Positions 21,967 through 30,000 of a stretch of DNA of 63,145 bases are shown here, piece after piece. Where the stretch lies: assembly GCA_964373715.1 (NCBI GenBank), contig CAYJVR010000007.1:26787-89931 (forward strand), read 5' to 3'. The notes under the pieces were generated by a model that had not been told where the DNA came from, ran no database searches, and saw nothing but the letters and a program-made list of their open reading frames with translations. Each line of letters starts with the position of its first letter. The first letter of the stretch is position 1. The position numbers and the translations under genes are program-made. Source of the stretch: an uncultured Planctomycetia bacterium. Lineage in GTDB: Bacteria > Omnitrophota > Gorgyraeia > 1-14-0-20-64-10.

Positions 21967-22533
21967 GTGAGTCTTGCCAACAAACTTTCCCTTTTCCGCA
22001 TCCTGCTTGTTCCGGCGTTTGTCCTCTGTCTGCTTTATTACAAACCGGGTGAGTCGGAATGGTTGCGGTACCTGGCGTTGGCGCTGTTTTCCGTGGCGGT
22101 GGTTACCGATGCCGTGGACGGCTACATCGCGCGTGTAGGGAAACAGGCGACCCGCCTGGGGGCGATACTGGACCCTTTGGCCGACAAGCTTCTTCTGGTG
22201 TCGGCGTTTTTATGCCTGAGCATGGTTTCCACCCTGCCTCCTCTGTACCGGTTGCCTGCGTGGGTCCCGATTTTGGTGTTGAGCCGCGACGCATTGATTG
22301 TGTTCGGCTGGCTGGTGATTGTCCTGTTGACCGGCGATTTTCAGACGCAGCCCCGGCCTTCCCGGATCGGTAAAGCTACCACCTTTTTCCAAATGGCGAC
22401 GATTGTCAGCGTCCTTCTGGGCTGGGTTTTTTCAACAGGGATTCTGTGGATCGCGATGGTGTTGACGGTTCTCTCCGGAATATCTTATGTCAGGGAAGGC
22501 AACCGCCTGCTCAATTTCAGCAGTACCCGTTGA
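21967..22533 (+). CDS. pgsA: CDP-diacylglycerol--glycerol-3-phosphate 3-phosphatidyltransferase
   Basis: GTG start. CDP-alcohol phosphatidyltransferase motif DAVDGYIAR...GAILDPLADK. Multi-pass membrane protein. Confidence 0.8.
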   Translation: MSLANKLSLFRILLVPAFVLCLLYYKPGESEWLRYLALALFSVAVVTDAVDGYIARVGKQATRLGAILDPLADKLLLVSAFLCLSMVSTLPPLYRLPAWVPILVLSRDALIVFGWLVIVLLTGDFQTQPRPSRIGKATTFFQMATIVSVLLGWVFSTGILWIAMVLTVLSGISYVREGNRLLNFSSTR

Positions 22534-22548
22534 TTTTCATGAAAACCC

Positions 22549-23880
22549 ATGTCGAATAACACTGTTCCTGTTATCGCTATTGTCGGCCGGCCGAATGTCG
22601 GCAAGTCGGCCCTTTTTAACCGTCTTGTGAAGAAACGCCAGTCCCTCGTGGATGCCACCCCCGGCTTGACCCGGGACCGCCTCTACGGCGACGTGGCCTG
22701 GGGAGGAATCTCCTTTAAGGTGGTGGATACAGGAGGCCTCCAGTTCGACAAGAAAGACCGCATTTCCGGCGCGATCGCTCATCAGGTGGACAAGGCGATG
22801 CAGGAAGCGCGGGTCGCCCTTTTCGTCTGCGACGCCAGGGCGGGCGTTGTGCCTCTTGATAAAGAGGTCAGCGTTTGGCTGAGGCGATGGGGCAAGCCGG
22901 TTATTGTGGTGGTCAACAAAGTGGACTTGAACGAACAAGCCAATTCTATTTACGAGTTTGCCTCTCTTGGGCTGGGCTCCCCGATGCCGGTCTCGTCTCT
23001 CCACGGTTTGAGGGTGGGAGAACTGCTCGACGCTATCGTTGAGCAATTGAAGAAAGCCGGCGCACCGGATGTTTCCGCTGGAGACGGCCAGCCGGTGATC
23101 CGGGTCGCCATCGTCGGCCGCCCGAATGTCGGGAAATCATCTCTGATCAACCGGATCCTCAATGATGACCGCCTTTTGGTGGACGATCTGCCCGGCACGA
23201 CGCGCGATTCGGTGGAGATCTTCTTTTCTTACGGCGGGAAGGCCTATCATCTGATTGACACGGCGGGAGTCGTGTCACGGCGCCGGCTGAAGTCGAAGAT
23301 TGACGCGGTGATCCGACTCAAAGCGCTGGAAGTCATCCGGCGGTCCGACGTCTGTCTCGGGGTGTTGGACGCTTCCGCCGGGGTGGTGAAGGATGATTTC
23401 CGGTTGCTCGATGAAGTGGTGACTGCGGCACGGCCGCTATGCATCGCGGTCAATAAGTGGGACCTCGTTCCAAAGGGGGAGGACCTCAGGAGGGTGGCGT
23501 CAGACATCGCCCGCGCGATGCCTTTTGTCCGTTTCGCGCCGGTTCTCTGCATATCGGCGAAGACCGGCTTCAACGTGCTGAAAGTGCTGGATCGGATAAC
23601 GGCGGTGGTGGAAACTTCCCGCATGAAGATCCGGCCGACCGACGCGAAACGTTTGATGGATTTCCTCTGCACGGACTCCCGAGCACCGGTTGCGCTCCGC
23701 AACGCGCATCTGTTCCGTTTGATCCAGGTGGGGGTTTCTCCTCCGACCTTCCACCTTCTGGGCCGGATGAAGAGGGGGTTCCGTTCCTCAGACGTGGCTT
23801 ATATCGAAAATCTGTTCCGGCGGGAATTGGACCTGGAGGGGACCCCGATCCAGATACGGCTCTTGACGAATTCATCCTGA
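22549..23880 (+). CDS. der: ribosome-associated GTPase Der/EngA
   Basis: Two tandem GTPase domains (GRPNVGKSALFNRL and GRPNVGKSSLINRI; DTGG and DTAG; NKVD and NKWD) plus a KH-like C-terminus. Confidence 0.92.
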   Translation: MSNNTVPVIAIVGRPNVGKSALFNRLVKKRQSLVDATPGLTRDRLYGDVAWGGISFKVVDTGGLQFDKKDRISGAIAHQVDKAMQEARVALFVCDARAGVVPLDKEVSVWLRRWGKPVIVVVNKVDLNEQANSIYEFASLGLGSPMPVSSLHGLRVGELLDAIVEQLKKAGAPDVSAGDGQPVIRVAIVGRPNVGKSSLINRILNDDRLLVDDLPGTTRDSVEIFFSYGGKAYHLIDTAGVVSRRRLKSKIDAVIRLKALEVIRRSDVCLGVLDASAGVVKDDFRLLDEVVTAARPLCIAVNKWDLVPKGEDLRRVASDIARAMPFVRFAPVLCISAKTGFNVLKVLDRITAVVETSRMKIRPTDAKRLMDFLCTDSRAPVALRNAHLFRLIQVGVSPPTFHLLGRMKRGFRSSDVAYIENLFRRELDLEGTPIQIRLLTNSS

Positions 23881-23897
23881 TGGTAAAAACTATCTGA

Positions 23898-24512
23898 ATG
23901 ATCCTGATACCTATTCTTTGCGGATCTTACCTGTTGGGAGCAATTCCAACGGGTGTCATTATAGGCAGGCTGAGCGGGGTGGATGTGCGCCGGCATGGCA
24001 GCGGCAATGTTGGAGCCACCAATGTCTATCGTGTTGTCGGCAGGCTTCCCGGCTTGTTTGTTTTGGCGGTGGATATGCTTAAGGGGTGGTTTCCGGTGGC
24101 GGTTTTAGCCGCTTCAGCCGTCCGCTGGGATCCGGCCCTTGCCCCGGACTGGGCGGCGATTCTCTCCGGCGTGGCGGCGGTGGCGGGGCACATTTTCAAT
24201 CCATTTCTCCAGTTTCGGGGCGGCAAGGGAGTCGCCACCGCATTGGGGGTTTTACTGGCCCTCTCCCATCAGCTGGCCCTGAGCGCCGCGGCTGTCTGGA
24301 TTATCGTGGTTCTTGTGACCCATTATGTTTCCATTGCCTCTATCGCAGCCGCTCTGGCTTCCCCTTTTCTTATGTTCTTGCTTGGTTTGCCGACCCCGTG
24401 GGTTCTCGGTGGGGTTGTTGTTTCCATAGCGATCATTGCCCGCCACCGGGAGAATATCCTGCGTTTGATGCATGGAGAAGAAAACCGTTTCAGAAAAAAT
24501 CGGACCCCCTGA
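23898..24512 (+). CDS. plsY: acyl-phosphate:glycerol-3-phosphate acyltransferase
   Basis: GSGNVGATN, FRGGKGVAT and five or six TM helices. Confidence 0.88.
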   Translation: MILIPILCGSYLLGAIPTGVIIGRLSGVDVRRHGSGNVGATNVYRVVGRLPGLFVLAVDMLKGWFPVAVLAASAVRWDPALAPDWAAILSGVAAVAGHIFNPFLQFRGGKGVATALGVLLALSHQLALSAAAVWIIVVLVTHYVSIASIAAALASPFLMFLLGLPTPWVLGGVVVSIAIIARHRENILRLMHGEENRFRKNRTP

Positions 24513-24587
24513 ATTTTCAGGTTTTTCCTCCTAACCTCAAGTAATATTACTAGTTAGGTTGTTCGGTTGCATTCGGGGGCGCAGACT

Positions 24588-25814
24588 ATGCAGCGGTTCC
24601 GCTACAAAGCCCGTAATATTGACGGGCGGAATATGTCCGGTGAAGTGGTGGCTATCAGCCGCGAGGAGGTCGCCAGCCGCCTTCAAGAGGCCGGCGTCTA
24701 TGTCCTCTCTGTCAAGCCGATCCGGTGGTCGAGATCCTTCCTGCGTTTCGGGCGCGGTTACATTCCTCAAGAAGATCTCCTTGTTTTCCTTGAATCATGG
24801 GCCATGTTTCTGGAAGCAGGCATTTCGATGCAGTCCTCTTTGCTGCGCCTGCGCATGCGATCCAGAGTTCCCGCTCTAGCGGAAGGGATCGAGGACATGA
24901 TGTTTGCCATTGACAGCGGCGCCTCTGTCGGGGAGGCTCTGAAAGCCAGCCAACTGCTGCCTTCTGCCTGGGTTTCCGTCGTTGAAATGGGTGAAACCAG
25001 CGGCAATTATACCGAGCCGCTGAAAATGCTCTGCAGGGACTGTCTTGATTTCCAAAAGTTCAAAAGGGAAATCCTTTACCATCTGATCATGCCGTTTGTT
25101 CTGTTGGTTGTCATGGGGGTTTGGTTCTGGATTCTTTTTAAGAAGGTCATCCCGAGCCTTGTCATTTTAATGGAGTCGACCGGCGGGACGGTGAAGGTGC
25201 CGGTTTGGATGACGGCGTTCCTCTCATGGGTGATGTCTTCAGTCCAGTGGCTGGTCCCTGCGGCAGGGTGTGTTCTGCTTTTCTTCTGTCTGTGGGTCCG
25301 GCAGATCAGCCAGCAGGGAGGCCTTTCCCAGCTGTGGATTCCCCATTCAACGCCGGTCTTAGGCCCGCTTGTGAAACAGCTGCAGCTGATCATGGTGGCC
25401 AAAAACCTCCAAATGCAGTTGGAAGCAGGCATTCCGTTTGCCAACGCGATTGAATCCATGATCGAGGGAATCAGGAACGAGAGGGTCCGGAGGGATTTAA
25501 TACAGCTCTATCGGAAACTCCGAGAGGGTGTGCCGATTCCGGAGGCGGTTTCCGGTTTTCAGCTGTTCTCGCAAATGGGGCAATCGTTGCTTGTTGCCGG
25601 CCATGAAAGCGGCAAGATGCCCGAAATGCTGGGGTGTCTTGTCCGGGAAAGCGAATCCGTCCTGATCGAGAACATCAAGCGCCTGACGATCTTCATCCAA
25701 ATGACCGTCATTATCAGTTGCGGCATCACGGTCGGTGCTGTCGTTATCATGTTCTTCTCGATCTTCTTCAGCGCCATAGGGTCTTTCGCCAACTCCGGCG
25801 TCCTCAACCGCTGA
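24588..25814 (+). CDS. type II secretion / type IV pilus platform protein (GspF/PilC family), orphan
   Basis: ATG 24588 gives MQRFRYKARNIDGRNMSGEVVAISREEVASRLQEAGVYVLSVKP, a typical GspF/PilC N-terminus. Two T2SSF-like halves with three or four TM helices. No other T2SS or T4P genes in the window. Confidence 0.7.
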   Translation: MQRFRYKARNIDGRNMSGEVVAISREEVASRLQEAGVYVLSVKPIRWSRSFLRFGRGYIPQEDLLVFLESWAMFLEAGISMQSSLLRLRMRSRVPALAEGIEDMMFAIDSGASVGEALKASQLLPSAWVSVVEMGETSGNYTEPLKMLCRDCLDFQKFKREILYHLIMPFVLLVVMGVWFWILFKKVIPSLVILMESTGGTVKVPVWMTAFLSWVMSSVQWLVPAAGCVLLFFCLWVRQISQQGGLSQLWIPHSTPVLGPLVKQLQLIMVAKNLQMQLEAGIPFANAIESMIEGIRNERVRRDLIQLYRKLREGVPIPEAVSGFQLFSQMGQSLLVAGHESGKMPEMLGCLVRESESVLIENIKRLTIFIQMTVIISCGITVGAVVIMFFSIFFSAIGSFANSGVLNR

Positions 25815-25855
25815 GATTGACCCTCTCCGTTTTCGCGTGATAGACTGGCGGCACC

Positions 25856-26893
25856 ATGGCGAATAAAAGCCATCTCTCGAAAGCCCCCGCTCTCAAAAAG
25901 GAGGCCAAACGGATTACCGTTCTCGGCGCCGGCGGGTGGGGGACCTGCCTGACCGTGCTCCTGGCGAATCAGGGGTACCGTGTCACCCTGTGGGGGCATT
26001 CCCCGGAACACATGTCCCAGATCGTTCGGGCCGGACAAAACAAACGTTTTTTGCCGGGAATTCCTATTCCGGAATCGGTTCGCCTCACCTCGCAACTCTC
26101 CCATGCCTGGGACAATCCGGATGTTGTGGTCCTGGCCGTTCCTTCCCAGAATCTCCGGCAGGTGTTGGAGCAGGCGGCCGATTTTGATTGGGAGAATAGG
26201 CTGATTGTCAGCGCCTCCAAGGGGATCGAAGAGAAGACTTTGCTCAGGATGTCCGGTGTGATCCGTAGCGTCGCGCCGACCAGCCGAATCGTCGCTCTCT
26301 CCGGGCCGTCCATTTCGTATGAGGTGGCGCGCGGGGTCCCTACCACGGTTGTGGCGGCCTCCTCCAGCATCCGGTTTGCTCAGCAGGTGCAGGCGATCTT
26401 CTCCGGCGAGAGGTTCCGTGTGTACACCTCGACCGATATGATCGGTGTTGAACTCGGCGGATCGCTCAAGAACGTGATTGCGATCGCCTGCGGCATCGCC
26501 GACGGCCTGAAGTTCGGCACCAACACAAAAGCCGCGTTGGTGACCCGCGGGATTGTTGAGATAGCCCGCTTGGGGATCGCGATGGGGGCAAAGAGGGATA
26601 CTTTTTCCGGTCTAAGTGGTTTGGGAGATCTCGTGACGACCTGCTTCAGCCCGTACAGCCGCAACCGGGGGGTGGGGGAGAAACTGGGCAAAGGGATTCC
26701 TCTGCCAAAGATCACGAAGAAGATGGAGCAGGTGGCCGAGGGGGTTCCCACCACCAAGTCGGCCTTCCAGTTGAGCGAACAGTACCAGGTGGATATGCCG
26801 ATCACCTCGGCGGTCTACCGGGTCCTCTGCGAGCGGGAATCTCCGGTCGAAATGGTCCGTGAGCTGATGCTGCGCGAACCCAAACCGGAATAA
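25856..26893 (+). CDS. gpsA: NAD(P)H-dependent glycerol-3-phosphate dehydrogenase
   Basis: ITVLGAGGWGT, AVPSQ, GPS.A.EV, GSLKNVIAIA.G, SGLSGLGDL and S.NR. Confidence 0.92.
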   Translation: MANKSHLSKAPALKKEAKRITVLGAGGWGTCLTVLLANQGYRVTLWGHSPEHMSQIVRAGQNKRFLPGIPIPESVRLTSQLSHAWDNPDVVVLAVPSQNLRQVLEQAADFDWENRLIVSASKGIEEKTLLRMSGVIRSVAPTSRIVALSGPSISYEVARGVPTTVVAASSSIRFAQQVQAIFSGERFRVYTSTDMIGVELGGSLKNVIAIACGIADGLKFGTNTKAALVTRGIVEIARLGIAMGAKRDTFSGLSGLGDLVTTCFSPYSRNRGVGEKLGKGIPLPKITKKMEQVAEGVPTTKSAFQLSEQYQVDMPITSAVYRVLCERESPVEMVRELMLREPKPE

Positions 26894-27091
26894 AGCAGTT
26901 TCAAGTTTAAGAGTTTATCAGTCCTGAGATTAAGATGTAAGATCGAATAGCAATAATCTTCCTGCCTGCCAATCCTGTTTAATCGTAAATAGATCTAGAT
27001 ATAGCTGCGTATTTTTATAGATTTCCAGCTATACTATAACTACAAACAAATATTCCCTGGATTTAAATTTGATTTTCGATTAACTAATCTC
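26894..27091 (+). promoter_or_regulatory. AT-rich non-coding leader/promoter region of giant ORF 1
   Basis: 198 bp of markedly AT-rich DNA in an otherwise GC-rich window. Contains tatact/tataac-type hexamers. No GGAGG-type SD before ATG 27092. Confidence 0.35.
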
Positions 27092-30000
27092 ATGAAGATA
27101 AAACCGATTGTGGCACGTGTTATAGAAAGAGGAATCAGAGGAGGTACTCTTCTGGTTTTTCTTACATCTTACTCTGTTTCTGAGCCGTACTTACTAGGCC
27201 GGGATACTCTTCGTCCTGAGCCAATTCGAGAAGCAACCGGATCTGGCCTAAAAGAACTAAGAGAAAGAATCTCTGAGGATACTGTCGCATTCAGAGCCGG
27301 CTTGGAGGAGGGTAGCTCTTTGCAAGATTTGATTCGAAACGCTGAAACTCTGTTGGGAGATCCGGCGCAAGAGGCGGTGACTCCGGAGAAAGCTCAATTG
27401 CTGGAACAGTTGATTCCTTGGGTCGAAAAGAAGCTACGGGAGCAGGAGAAAGTTGGATTGCTGCGCCCCACTCTCCAACTGATTGAGAGCGCGCAGTCTT
27501 TTAAGGCTGGGAATACCGTGTTTTTGCCTTTCGAGGCTGCCGACGCCGTTTTTATCACCGATTTGCACGGTGATCGCATCTCGTTCCAACAGATTCTTAC
27601 ACAGGTAAGCTACGATCCGGAGGCGAACAAAAAAGCTCTCCGTAAAAAATATCTGATATTGGGCGGAGATTATGTGGATGGAGGGCCGCGGAGTTTGGAC
27701 GTGCTGCTCAAAACTCTCACTCTTTATCTGCAAGATTCGAAGCATGTTGTTCTCATGGGCGGCAACATCGACCGCTATCGGCTGAAAACCGTAGAACAAG
27801 ACAAGTATCGATTTTTTCTGCAATTGAAAGAGCGATTAGGAACGAACGGTGAAGCTCTTTATAAGAAATGGCAAGAATTTGCCCGCCAATTTTTAGTGGC
27901 GGATGTCATTACAAAAAATGGCTTTGCCTTTGTGCACGCAGCTCCTCCCACCGATAAAGTCCAAGGATATGACCTCGAACGAGGTTTGGAATGGCTCTCT
28001 TTCAGTGATGAAGCGAAGCACGAAATGGCGACGAATTCGTTGCGGCGTCCGGGTTTACCCAATCTTAGCGATGGTTCCGATCAAGAAAACGAACAATACA
28101 GCCGGGATCTTCAAAGGGATTATGAAGGCCACCCTTCCAGCCGGGTTACCGGAATAGAAAGCATCCGAAAATTCGGAGAATTAACAGGGGCATCGGTTAT
28201 TCTTCGGGGGCATGACAGCGGTTCACCCCACGATAAAGCGCTGGTTGTCCCGGTGGAAGGGGGTAAAAAAATTACTGTCCTTACGGTGCATGCTTCCGTA
28301 ATAGGAAGCCCGGAAAGCGAAAAAGTTTATCCGAAAACGCCGAGATGCTACGCGGTAGTGAAGTTGGACCACAATTACACCACGATTGACCCGACCAGTA
28401 CCGATCCGACCGAACAAATTGTCTATCCTGTTTTACCAGACGCCGGCTTGGAGGAGAGCGATGAGGGGCCGCCACCGTCTGCTTTCTGGCCTGAAGAACA
28501 TTTCGAAAGGCTGAGTCAGCGGATTGCCCCGTATGTGACGCAGACTGCAACGGTTCCATTTACCTCTTGGGATGAATTAAAGGCCTACCTGAAACTCCAT
28601 AAAGCGGAATTAGAGCAAAGAAATCACGAGGCCTTAATTGCTTCTGGACAGATAAAGTCGACAGATCCCGTCACTCGGTTCGCGTATCAGACGTTCGTCA
28701 ATGCCTTCTCAGAAGGCGGTTGGGCAACCGGAGTGGGTCAGAATTGGCAGCGGGCCGCGGGGGCATTGGATTTAAGCGAGCGAATCGCGCCGGTTATCCA
28801 GTTTCCGAACGGACAGGCTTTTCCAACCTGGGAGGAGGTGGGGAATTATTTAAGAGATCACAAAGCGGATTTGGAACAACGCAATCATGAGGTTTTGGTT
28901 GTCTCTGGTAAGAAGAAGGCGACGGGTCTAGCGACCCCGGTTTCGTATCAAACCTTCATGCAAGCTTTTTATGAAGCGGGTTGGGTTATAGAAACTGAGC
29001 GGCAATGGATGTATGGGGGAGCTTTTGACCTGGCGGATAGGATTGCCAGCGCCATTCAGCTGCCGGACGGCAAACCATTCGAGAATTGGAACGCCTTAAG
29101 AGAATATCTCAGGGCCAACAAAACTGTTTTTGAAAGAAAGAATTACGAAGCTCAAGTGGTTTCCGGCCAGATAGATCCACAGGAACAAAAGACTCCAACG
29201 TTGTTAGCCTATACGACTCTCGTTTCAGCTTTTCAAGGGGGCGGTTGGGCAAGCTTGTCTCAAGTTTTAAGACGATCTGCGGGGGCTTTGGATCTCGCCC
29301 AGCGTCTTTCTCCGGTGGTTAAGCTTCCAGATAACAAACCTTTCAGTACGTGGGAAGAGGTTAAAGCGTATTTTATGGCCGACAAATCGATTTTGGAAAA
29401 ACAAAATCGGGAAGTCTTGCTCGCTACCAGCCCACTCAAGCCGAAAGACCGTTCTGTGCTATTGGCCTATTCAACCCTTTTGGAAGCTTTCCGAGAGGGA
29501 GGATGGGTGGAAATCCCGGAAGAAGAATACATAAGATGGAAACGGTCCTCTTCTTCTCTCAGTTTAGGGGAGCGGTTGGCGCCGATTGTTCAGTTACCCG
29601 ATGGTCAGCCGTTTTCAAATTGGGAGGATCTAAGGTCCTATTTGAAAGCTCATAAAGCCGATCTGGAGCGCCGGAATTATGAGGTCTTAAGTGCCTCCGG
29701 TCAGGTAGAAGCAGAAGATGCCCCAGGTCCTTTGTCATATACCACGCTTGCGTATGCGTTCGGCGAAGCCGGATTATTTAAGGGCAGTGACGAGGCGTAT
29801 TGGGCCGCTGGCGCTCTTGAACTATCGGAACGGCTTGCCCCGATTGTTCAACTTCCCAACGGTCAGCCGATAGCGACTTGGGAGGATTTGAAAGCTTACC
29901 TGAAAGCGAATAAGGCCAAACTGGAAAGGCAGAATCACGAAATATTAGTTGCTTCCGGGAAGGTAAAGCCGGGTGTTCCTGTTCATCCGCTTTCGTACAA

